Under the pieces are notes generated by a model. That model saw nothing but the letters and a program-made list of their open reading frames with translations, was not told where the DNA came from and did no database searches. A stretch of DNA of 63,122 nucleotides, filler included, from Babesia bigemina (taxonomy: Eukaryota): NCBI RefSeq assembly GCF_000981445.1. It is 7 parts of 7 records of this genome, joined end to end, with 100 filler letters (N's around TTAATTAATTAA, not from the genome) between each part and the next. Parts side by side here need not be neighbours in the genome. Positions count along the whole stretch, not along the records: positions 16,047 to 27,012 come from NW_012237008.1; positions 27,113 to 35,478 come from NW_012237009.1; 5 more parts are not named here. The stretch is one strand, 5' to 3'. Positions 21,801 through 30,500 of this stretch are shown one piece after another; positions within the stretch are counted from its first letter, which is position 1, and each line of letters opens with the position of its first letter. The translations under genes and the position numbers were made by a program.

Positions 21801-24800
21801 TATGGAAGTGAAAACCGCTTTGCAAAAACTTAAGGATGAGAAGATCGGCAAACAGCTACACGGCGTCTCAGTTAGAAGCGGCACACTTCAGAAAATTTAC
21901 AACGATATGGTAACTATACTTCGCGAACATTTCGACCCCGTCATAAAGTCCACCACCAAACTCATGAGAGTAGATGCCGACCGATTCAAACACGAATGCA
22001 CTCAGTCACTCACACAACATGTCAACACTGAATCTCAACAAGCAATGGACAAACTCATTAATCAAGCGAGAAAGCTGTGCATATCGTCAATGAAGTCTTC
22101 CCTCGAACAATTTTCGGGGAAGGTCACCGAGGAGCTGAAGCCCCTGCCCACCCTCATCGACACCGACAGGCGGCACGGCTTTAAGGGTTTTATGCGGACG
22201 TTGGAAGGGACGATTGGAGATGATGGTGGGACGACGGACGAGAATATTGCGAGACTCAAGGGTCTCGTAGGTCAGCTGTCAGGGCATGTGAAACATAAGG
22301 ACACGTTCCAAAATCTGTCGCAGAAATTCAAACAGTTCTGGCATCCACTCCACGACTACCTCAAAGAAGAGACCAAAAGAGTTCACGCAGCGAATAACGA
22401 GAAAATTAATCCCAAGCCGTCCGGAGAGGAACAGCTCTACACTTCCAAACTCGACGCTGCACATTCCGCACTCAACAAACTACTCGATCACATTAGTAAT
22501 CACCGCTACAACCACGAAGTGCCCGCCATGCTAGACAGTCTCTCCACTAAAGTCGATGGTCTCCACCCCAAGACATTCAATGAACCGAGCACTCCCCTGC
22601 TTGACGGCGTTGGGGAGGGGCTGCGTGAGTTTGCGGCTGAACTAGGGAAGGCGTACATAAACAGGTATGATGGTGGGAAAACAATTAAAAGGTGGACACA
22701 TAGGGAAACCGGAGATGTAGAATTAACGGTCGGAGGCCGAAATGGCGCAAAAATATTTCTGAGCCTGCTCGCCATACTCTATCACGATTTGTTAAAATTA
22801 AGAAGTGAGTGCAGGGGCTTGAGCGCACATCAAATCAACAAATCAACGGACGTAGGTAGACTGTTTGCCGAACTAGGATTCAAAGTTTCGGAAAAAAATC
22901 AGCAGAACGGTGAATTGCATGACCACAGGAATAAGATAGGTGACTACGTATTTAAGAGGATTATGTGGCCAATGAAAAAGGCTGATGAAAATGAGCATCT
23001 GAAGGGGTGTGAATCGAAAAAGCACGATAGATATAACAACTTCCACATCTTCGACCTACTCAATTGTATATACAGTCACTTTGAGCAGTACAACGAAGTC
23101 TGCCATATTGCTACTTCCTCAGCTAGGAGGCAGCCGTGCAGCGTCTATGAAATGCTTGTATGGCTCACTGGTCTTCCATACACTTCTGTATACGGCACAA
23201 TGCGTGACATAACTTTGTCGGAGTTTTTTGAAGATTCAACTAAGCAGGTTGCCGCAGAAATAGAGGGTATTGAGATGACACTCACGGACATTGGTGCCGT
23301 ACCCATACAAGCTTGTCCACGTGACATAACGTATAACAAAGTAACGAAAGCAATCACCCATATCTGCGCGAAAGCATATGATGTTCTCGCATCCATAGCA
23401 GGTCACGGCGACGAATACACGCTGTACGCCAGTGACTATTGCAACAACTCTTTAGGTCTCAAATATCCTAGTTCTGGTCAGGAATGTCTTGATATGCTTC
23501 TCGATGTACTACGGAGATGCTTGCCAGCACTCCGCTACATTTTCTACAGATGCAACGTAACCGCTGAGCACCACGGCTGGCGCAATTGTGAGTACGGCAA
23601 GGATGTGCCGACAAGCAAATCGCATTGCAGCAACAGTGCAACGGGCCAGGTAACGGGGCAACCAACGTGCGAAGCAAAGTGCCAACCAACTTCCCCGCTG
23701 ATGAGCTATCTTAACGACTGCCTGCCTGGTCACTTACCGCATAATGTCAGCTCCATAGGGTGCAGATCGGTATGCAGCAACTGTCCCTCCGCTGCGAAGC
23801 TTGGTATGCCGTGTCTGACGCCCATGGGATTCCGCGGTTTCTCTGGCTCAACCAAAAGTGGCGCGGACCTATGTGAGATCATTCGCGAATTCTTAGGTAG
23901 TGGCCTGGTAGCATCATTGTTCTGCCTTGTACCTACTCCGCCGAAGACGCTGCCAGAACACTTCGGATTTGCTTTGTCGCTTGTCAATGGATGGGTTAAT
24001 ATTACCAATTTGACGCCCGAGAAACGAAGTGAATTTAGCTTTCAATCGTCATTTGAATCACGCATACGTGATGTCTCTCTTATGTTATATCCCGATTCCA
24101 ATAAGTTAATAAAAACGTTGATGAGAGCATATGGTTCACAGGCGGTTTTGCATGAATATTGCAAGCATCCTCATCTTGTCAATTTCACTAGCTCAGATAT
24201 ATGTCGTTACGATGTTGCAGATGTAGCCTGCGCTCCTTATCTTCAATCGCTATGCTCAGGTTCCTATGAATACATGGCCATCAAACACTGTGAACTGTAC
24301 CTCACCTGGGCCATATACCTCTCATGGGATTTCTGGCGATTGCTGAACAATTTGTACAACGACTTCTGCAACATATTCTGTGCCGATTGGGGTTGCCGCG
24401 GCTGCTTGAGAGGCGATACGTGCAAGAAAGGATCGCATGGTCGTACTGACGAAAAAAGTGGGAACCCACGTTGCCAGTGTCCATCAATAGTGGATTGTAA
24501 GGGCGTGTCACCGACGCTGTACCGATATGGATTCAGTTTCTGTGACGCTGTCAAATTGAATGATGATAAATATAAAAAGAAGTGTTCCGATTTCTGCAGT
24601 CAGTTAAACAAAATGTTAACTTCACAATATTTCAAAGACCTCTTCAAAGAATGCGACAACTTCATTTGGACCATCAGAGAACCGTTCACTTACATGGTCC
24701 TAGCACTTTGGTCACTCTCCCTCTTCTACCTCATCTGCGTGATGGTTGGCAGACTGGATGTGCTCCACATACGCTCACACTTACGATCACCGTCATCGCA

Positions 24801-24876
24801 CAAGATAACGGCGCAATCATTGTTGGCGGCAGCGCAAGTCGGAAGGCTTGCCAAGATATCGTACCTGCAACCGTGA
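18853..24876 (+). CDS. ves1: VESA1-like antigen g3, 2007 aa, long N-terminus (SIDWLIQVRY), A-type tail
   Basis: ATG-initiated ORF; IDWLIQ and GYDGSGIVYSDLDRLCD motifs, Cys-rich region, TM and tail. Confidence 0.9.
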   Translation: MSSFTSLLTVSIDWLIQVRYANGGKDGLTKLSQALKKLIEEAIEKAYTSLNKQYPLAKPPSKVASSAASAPPAKSTESTIPVKKSFEEIKKDIENEVKSLPNEINKLQINPLTEEENKRLSDCQSKLSALQTVHKLAEFADQLDTSKNNSPNLLTNLCDGLQTFLGYDKDSKGYDGSGIVYSDLDRLCDGVMAFLYQVLKDVSEKQPYSVGKEELKKLVSDLKTKLSTGREGFKFIETVAERVREYNERVATSNDYVKNKIKEMHNHVDKTLTDKLRSILLNDDSDLRKALTQEQVQKVEQAVTDADRLVKDYATKGTDFINGFREKKVFSYRKGTTYEYRDEFKDLNPDVQQKINNAIQNISYEATRLGALSAKEQKHLEQMTAKIKDTFTSLNRCVNDKIGTDVTALVNKVNKQVEAILKVLNSIHDKLWQCVKQLETWIKDAERIVDGAITNVNPIVDKGVGFRNEIALEDSANQLKDKGLDLYGKFNVATQEVENLVKTALGEVKKMDEALKGDLWKVKERIRDAIWKHVNADLEIHNLDDKVEKDLVTLKGKIEVEMKSYIQSLRIKIKHEVEQILNGGMDTQKGLKGITSAVKHRFADAFKKGENDGFGQTVKGWIKGILDEDAVIKSLMQRYVKPADRTNGDINRFYSTKTDEIAGAISTHIMKHVGNEIATVQSAIDKVEPSSGNSTIKKYVEAIKGVCEDFAKKFRNAIGSTITADNIAQTIRNVLTNDLSSDSNIYDLQEAVMFIFPALHSAADQTAKQLDSLLLQNKVGKIIDSSKNSSIAGEMDGIYGKVKRLYDELGQTVEKATGMKINSTVEKDIMDGIGKHIPGTSGTIATKLGPELMPTFKEAQAKVEEKLIKDNLGKIIDGEIGEDDKKSGTEKLSNRIILSDVIDKFTGYKKYVTQDKVKLLSLTGTIEAREGSLPEAIGAIRDKANGDFEAAKKDSKEAKAFHEWHSAVKQNLKALSDAFSKKGMEVKTALQKLKDEKIGKQLHGVSVRSGTLQKIYNDMVTILREHFDPVIKSTTKLMRVDADRFKHECTQSLTQHVNTESQQAMDKLINQARKLCISSMKSSLEQFSGKVTEELKPLPTLIDTDRRHGFKGFMRTLEGTIGDDGGTTDENIARLKGLVGQLSGHVKHKDTFQNLSQKFKQFWHPLHDYLKEETKRVHAANNEKINPKPSGEEQLYTSKLDAAHSALNKLLDHISNHRYNHEVPAMLDSLSTKVDGLHPKTFNEPSTPLLDGVGEGLREFAAELGKAYINRYDGGKTIKRWTHRETGDVELTVGGRNGAKIFLSLLAILYHDLLKLRSECRGLSAHQINKSTDVGRLFAELGFKVSEKNQQNGELHDHRNKIGDYVFKRIMWPMKKADENEHLKGCESKKHDRYNNFHIFDLLNCIYSHFEQYNEVCHIATSSARRQPCSVYEMLVWLTGLPYTSVYGTMRDITLSEFFEDSTKQVAAEIEGIEMTLTDIGAVPIQACPRDITYNKVTKAITHICAKAYDVLASIAGHGDEYTLYASDYCNNSLGLKYPSSGQECLDMLLDVLRRCLPALRYIFYRCNVTAEHHGWRNCEYGKDVPTSKSHCSNSATGQVTGQPTCEAKCQPTSPLMSYLNDCLPGHLPHNVSSIGCRSVCSNCPSAAKLGMPCLTPMGFRGFSGSTKSGADLCEIIREFLGSGLVASLFCLVPTPPKTLPEHFGFALSLVNGWVNITNLTPEKRSEFSFQSSFESRIRDVSLMLYPDSNKLIKTLMRAYGSQAVLHEYCKHPHLVNFTSSDICRYDVADVACAPYLQSLCSGSYEYMAIKHCELYLTWAIYLSWDFWRLLNNLYNDFCNIFCADWGCRGCLRGDTCKKGSHGRTDEKSGNPRCQCPSIVDCKGVSPTLYRYGFSFCDAVKLNDDKYKKKCSDFCSQLNKMLTSQYFKDLFKECDNFIWTIREPFTYMVLALWSLSLFYLICVMVGRLDVLHIRSHLRSPSSHKITAQSLLAAAQVGRLAKISYLQP

Positions 24877-25024
24877 TCATCGTCACATTTGTAATTCACA
24901 GTAACTCACTTACCATAGTTCACCTACTCACCTAACCGACAAACGTAGTCTAATGTCTCGAATTACTCTAGCGGCAACCTGTGAAGTAGATAGCGTTGAG
25001 ATTAAGTGATGACTAAACGACGAA

Positions 25025-25616
25025 GCTAGGTGCTAAGCTGGCATCCAGGCAAAGTGCTGACCTAGCACCCAGGCTAAGTCCTAACCTGGCACCCAGGCAA
25101 AGTGGTAAGCAGGCAACCAGGCAAAGTGGTAAGTTAGCACCCAGGCAAAGTGCTGAGCTGGCAACCAGGCAAAGTGCTAAGCTAGCAACCAGGCAAAGTG
25201 CTAAGCTAGCAACCAGGCAAAGTGCTAAGCAAGCACCCAGGCAAAGTGCTAAGCAAGCACCCAGGCAAAGTGCTAAGCAAGCAATCAAGCAACGTGCTAA
25301 GCTAGCAACCAGGCAACGTGTTGACCTCGCACCCAGGCAACGTGTTGAACTAGCACCCAGGCAACGTGCTAACCTAGCACCCAGGCAAAGTGTTAACCTA
25401 GCACCCAGGCAAAGTGCTAAGCTAGCATCCAGGCAAAGTGTTGACCTAGCGTCCAGGCAAAGTGTTAACCTAGCACCCAGGCAAAGTGCTAACCTAGCAC
25501 CCAGGCAAAGTGCTAACCTAGCACCCAGGCAAAGTGCTAACCTAGCACCCAGGCAGAGTGCTAAGCTTGTAACCAGGCAAAGTGCTAAGCTAGCACACAG
25601 GCAAAGTGCTAAGCTG
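25025..25616 (+). repeat. 24-bp 3' array after g3
   Basis: Same unit as 6386-6905. Confidence 0.95.
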
Positions 25617-26130
25617 GCGGATGAACCGTAATTTGGTGGGTGTTGTAGCACGTTGATTGCCTGGTGCGTTGTATTACGCGTTGACTGTGAGAGGCGTCCG
25701 CGTTGCCCATTGAGTCAGTGTCATGTGAGGCTGGGTGATTGGTCGCTAACGTAGGCGGCCGTGATGGCCGCGGCGGGTGACCTAAGTCGTGTGTTGCGAG
25801 TCACTGGCAGGGTGGCGTAATACGCGTTGGCCTGGTTAAGTAGCGTATATTGGCAGCGATGTAGCGATTGTTAATATCACATTTAGGCACGTAGCCAACG
25901 CACTCCGCCAGTATGGCGTCTATACCGCGGCTCGTAGCACGGCGCTGCTGCACTGTGGGAGTTGAGCGCACGGCTCGCTGCAATTTTTATGGCGTTGCGA
26001 ATAGTGAATAATTTAGAGTGACAGTTGGTGCTGATGACATGCGTCGCGTCAGGTGCAGCTGTGGTATCCCGGGCAGCGTGGGTGTCGGTGGCCTGGGCTG
26101 GGGGGATACAGCGGTGAGGGTGAGTGTTGA
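25617..26130 (+). other. Conserved element U, copy 2 (probable promoter/5' region of the Cys-rich gene)
   Basis: Matches 6906-7284 and 33953-34465; function inferred from position. Confidence 0.7.
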
Positions 26131-26427
26131 TGAGGGGAGTGGGAGCGGCAGTGGTAGTGTTGCAGTTGGTGAGTGCTGCTTGAGTGACTGATATGCTTGC
26201 AGGTTGAGGGGAGTGGGAGCGGCAGTGGTACGTGTTGCAGTTGGTGAGTGCGTTGCTTGTGTGATTGATATGCTTGCAGGCTGAGGGGACTGGGAGCGGC
26301 AGTGGTACGTGTGCAGTTGGTGAGTGCGTTTCTAGGTGATTGATGTTCGCAGGTTGAGGGGACTGGGAGCGGCAGTGGTAGTGTTGCAGTTGGTGAGTGC
26401 TTGCATAGGTGATTGATATGTTAGCAG
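26131..26427 (+). repeat. ~75-bp tandem repeat; each unit is ~40 nt plus a 33-36-nt GTGAGT...GCAG intron-like segment (4 copies)
   Basis: Candidate introns at 26169-26202, 26244-26279, 26320-26352 and 26393-26427. Confidence 0.8.
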
Positions 26428-26455
26428 GTTGAGTGACTGGGAAGGGAGGGAGAAG

Positions 26456-26998
26456 ATGGGGAAGTGTATTTGTGGTAATACATGTCGAATGGGCAATTTT
26501 TGTGATTGTTGTCCATGGTGTTGTAAAACATGTAAGAGTGACTATTGCGGTGAATGTTACGGATATTTCGTAACGCGACAAGCACGCCGGAGGTCTTACG
26601 ACTGCGAGGATTCAAAATGTAAGAAACAATGCGCAGGCAATGAGAAAAACTGTAAATGTGAATGTTGTGTAAAGAAATGTGCAGAGGATGATCCCGTCTG
26701 CAAGCAAGTTCCTCCCCCCCTTCCCCCCGGTCCACAGACTTCACATACTTCCCCCGGTGCTGAGCCTCGGACCAGTGAACAACGTGGCACCAGCGATCAA
26801 GAAAATGCCATCGACGTTCCTAATCCAGAAGCCTCCGCACCGTCCCCCCCTAACCCTCAAGCCATCGCCGCCGTCATCGTTGCCATCATCGTCGCCATCA
26901 TCCTGCTCGACCTGTGCATCTTCCGCTTCCCGGTGGGCTCGCACATCCGCGATTTCCTCGTACGCGAGATACCCTTCTGCATCGCGTTTTACAGCTGA
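26456..26998 (+). CDS. Small Cys-rich single-pass membrane protein (180 aa)
   Basis: First ATG at 26456; 20 Cys in the first 82 aa, Pro/Ser-rich linker, hydrophobic AIAAVIVAIIVAIILLDLCIF, short tail. Confidence 0.75.
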   Translation: MGKCICGNTCRMGNFCDCCPWCCKTCKSDYCGECYGYFVTRQARRRSYDCEDSKCKKQCAGNEKNCKCECCVKKCAEDDPVCKQVPPPLPPGPQTSHTSPGAEPRTSEQRGTSDQENAIDVPNPEASAPSPPNPQAIAAVIVAIIVAIILLDLCIFRFPVGSHIRDFLVREIPFCIAFYS

Positions 26999-27012
26999 TC
27001 TCGACAATTTGT

Positions 27013-27112
27013 NNNNNNNNNNNNNNNNNNNNNNNNNNNNNNNNNNNNNNNNNNNNTTAATTAATTAANNNNNNNNNNNNNNNNNNNNNNNNNNNNNNNN
27101 NNNNNNNNNNNN
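27013..27112. other. Artificial contig spacer
   Basis: 44 N + TTAATTAATTAA + 44 N. Confidence 0.98.
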
Positions 27113-27485
27113 GCCCCTTTACCCACTCTACATCGCCCCTTTACCCACCTTACATCGCCCCTTAACCCACTCTACATCGCCCCTTAACCCACCCTACATC
27201 GCCCCTTAAACCACTCTACATCGCCCCTTATCCACTCTACATCGCCCCCTTATCCACTCTACATCGCTCCCTAACCCACTCTACATCGCTCCCTAACCCA
27301 CTCTACATCGCCCCTTTATCCACTCTACATCGCTCCCTAATCCACTCTACATCGCTCCCTAATCCACTCTACATCGCCCCTTTACCCACTCCACATCGCT
27401 CCCTTATCCACTCTACATCGCTCCTTAACCCACTCCACATCGCCCCTTGACCCACTCCACATCGCCCCTTAACCCACTCTACATC
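27113..27485 (+). repeat. 22-bp satellite S5 upstream of g4
   Basis: Tandem units. Confidence 0.97.
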
Positions 27486-27547
27486 CCTCGAATTACCTCG
27501 CCATAATACCGCTATGACCTCTCTAAACCATTACAATAACTTGTGCC

Positions 27548-30500
27548 TTGTCACCTTTAACTGCCCTTTTGACTGAGTCCATCGACTGGTTGATCCAGGT
27601 TAGGTATGGGAATGGTAAGGGTCTTGGTGAGTTGTCTCAAGCTTTGAAAAAGTTGATTGAGGAGGCCATAAAGAAAGCTAATGATAGCCTTGACACCCGT
27701 CAAAAGCAACTCGAATGTCCTACTACCTCCGCTTCAGGAAGCGGTGTCTCCTACTGTCAGTCTCAGGAGACTGAAATTCAAAAAGCTAATGAACAACTTA
27801 AAACTCTAGAATCTAATAATCCTAATGACTCTAAAAAGCAAATTGCTGAACAAAACGCTAAAATAAAAAAAGCCGAAGCCTCTAAAAATGACTGTGCTAA
27901 GACCCATTACCTCCCTGAGGAGGAGAGAGATAAGGGATTGGATGAAGTGAGGCAGCAGAGAGAAATTGTTAAGAAACTCACTGAATTTAAAGATACTTTA
28001 ACTAATAATAATGATATTTTAACGCATTTATGTGACGGCCTCGAGAAATTCCTCGGCTTCAACTCTGACTCCAAAGGCTACGACGGCACTGGGATAGTGT
28101 ACTCCGACTTGGACAGGCTGTGTGACGCGGTGATGGGATTTTTGAGTGGTGTGCTCAGTAACATCAAAGAGCATTTAGGGCAGCATAAAAATTCTTTAGA
28201 TGATGCAATTAACATTCTTAACACCAATAAACACGCCGGTAAAAACGGTTTTAGTGTTGCGATTGGAAAGGTGGTCGAAGGGGTGGGGAGGTATAATAAG
28301 GCAGTGGAGCAGTCGAATACATCCATTAAAAATCCCATAAGGACACTCTACAAATACGTCAAGACAGAAAAAGGTACGTTAATTAATGGTCTTAATGCTA
28401 TTCAGGTACCGGACGACGCTGCACATGATGCAGTTGAGCAAGCCGAGACACAGGTGCGAGATAAACTGACGGAATGCCAGCAGGCAGCCGACACGTTCAA
28501 CACAGCTTTTAATCTTAGAACACAAACAGACATGAATAAATCTATTACCGACTTGAATGACAAAATAGAGACTAAAGTTAGACATTCCATTAGCAATGTT
28601 AAGCACGAGAGCGAGAGGCTCAAGGCGTTGGCTCAGAAGGAGCAGAGTGACCTAGATGCGACGATTAAGTTAATTAGTGACGCGTTAAGTGGCCTTGGTG
28701 TAGAGGTCAAAAATGAAATTTGCAAGCAGGTGAGAGACCTAGTTGAGCACTTGAAAGGGAGGGTGCAGCTTATTAAACTCCAACTTGAAGACATCGACAA
28801 GAGTCTGAAGCAGTACGCAAAGGAACTGCAGCAGTGGATTGAGAATGCGGACAAAGAAGTGCAGGCTGCGAAAAGTGAAGCCGTCGGAATTGAAAACAAA
28901 AAGCCCGGCGAGAATAATCAAAGGAAACTTACTGAGGTTGCCAAAGCGTTGGCTGACAGGAGCGGCGTGCTTTGCAGGTATATAGATGACGTGAAGAAAG
29001 AATTTAATACGAAAGTAAAAGCAGCGCTTATAGAGGTGCAAGCCATGGACGGGAAGCTGAAAGAGGATTTGTACAAGGTGAAGGATGCTGTAAATCAGCA
29101 GGTGGAGGGGATTAAAAGTAAAATTAAGAACCTTAATAGAATTCTTAGGTACGGGGAAGATGCTGACGGATCCGAAGAGCATCAGGAAATTAAGCAAATC
29201 GTCGAATATCTGAGAGATCAGCTTAAGGCGATAACTGGTAGCGTAGGATTAAGAGAAACGTCGACGACAGGTCTTGAAGGAATAAGAAATAAAATGAATC
29301 AATATGTAAAAAAGTATAGCAAGGATAAGTTTGGAGATACAGCTGAAGGGTGGATAAAAGATATTTGGCGAAATAACGTTGTAGTAAGATATTGGCTTGG
29401 TGAGTATCTCGGTTATAAAACGGAACCGGGTGAACTGCCTCTTAGTGAGCATGGCAAGGATGTAATTAGTGAAGAGATTCTTCAACGAATCGCAAGCCAA
29501 ATAAAAGAGCAGCTTGATGCAGATGTTATCAAGCACATCGAAGTTAAGCCGCAAGGCAATGTACAAACGCAGCTTACCGCTATCCATGGTGGAATCAACA
29601 GATTTGTAGAGTTACTGGGTAGGAGGGTGACTAAAGAAAATAGTACTTTTGTCACTGGGATAGCGAAGCAGCTTGAAAGTGAGGTGGCTAGCATATTGAA
29701 AGCACATCATGCCAAGGAGATACGTTATCTTGAATCTGCAGTTCAATCTACGATGGTCGCTCTAAGCTCCTCTGCTAGGCAGGCATGGGCTGAAATTCAT
29801 TCATTTGCCCTACTCGCAACTAATTTGGGCACTTCAGGCACAACCACTAGCGTCGCGGACGACATAGTTAAGGTATTCGATGCGGCTAGTGGATTCGAGG
29901 AAAAAGTGAAACACGCACTTAAGCATCCACCCAGAGGCCGACCGCCTTCTACTCCTAGTCACGCCGCCGCCGTCGACGCCGCGATCACGGGGGTGACTGA
30001 AGAGCTTGGGAAAAAGCTGAAGCCAGGTGTCGGTAGCGCGGTCACGCTTGACAAGGACGAAACGTTTCAGCAATACAATGCTTTCGTAGACCAAAGCGAA
30101 GAGAGCCTGAAATCTCTCACATCCGAGAAGTTAGAAGATGTTAAGGAAAATGCAGGCACCCTCCCAACCAAGATCAAAGAGATAGGCACGTACGCTGCCA
30201 CCGGATTCAGCGTTGAAGCAACTAGAGAATCTCTTGGAAAATGGTCCGGCAATATTAAAGATGAATTAAAAAACGTACTAGATTCGTTCGCATTCTACGG
30301 CACACTTATCAAAGGCATGTTGGATAAGCATATAAAAGCTATTGGCAAAGGCACCGAAAATCAGAACACGCTCCAGCACCTCCAAAAAAAACTACTAGAG
30401 CTCAATGCTGGTCCTGTGACTACGGCGCTAAAGGAAGCCAACGACATCATAGAAAAAGCCGACGATGTTACAACCAACACGCTACGACCGCTCAGAAATC

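Noticed and set aside
25883..26581. Minus-strand ORFs over U and the 75-bp repeat (also 34219..34785)
   Set aside because: Frames are not conserved between the two copies; the plus-strand intron and CDS model explains the region better
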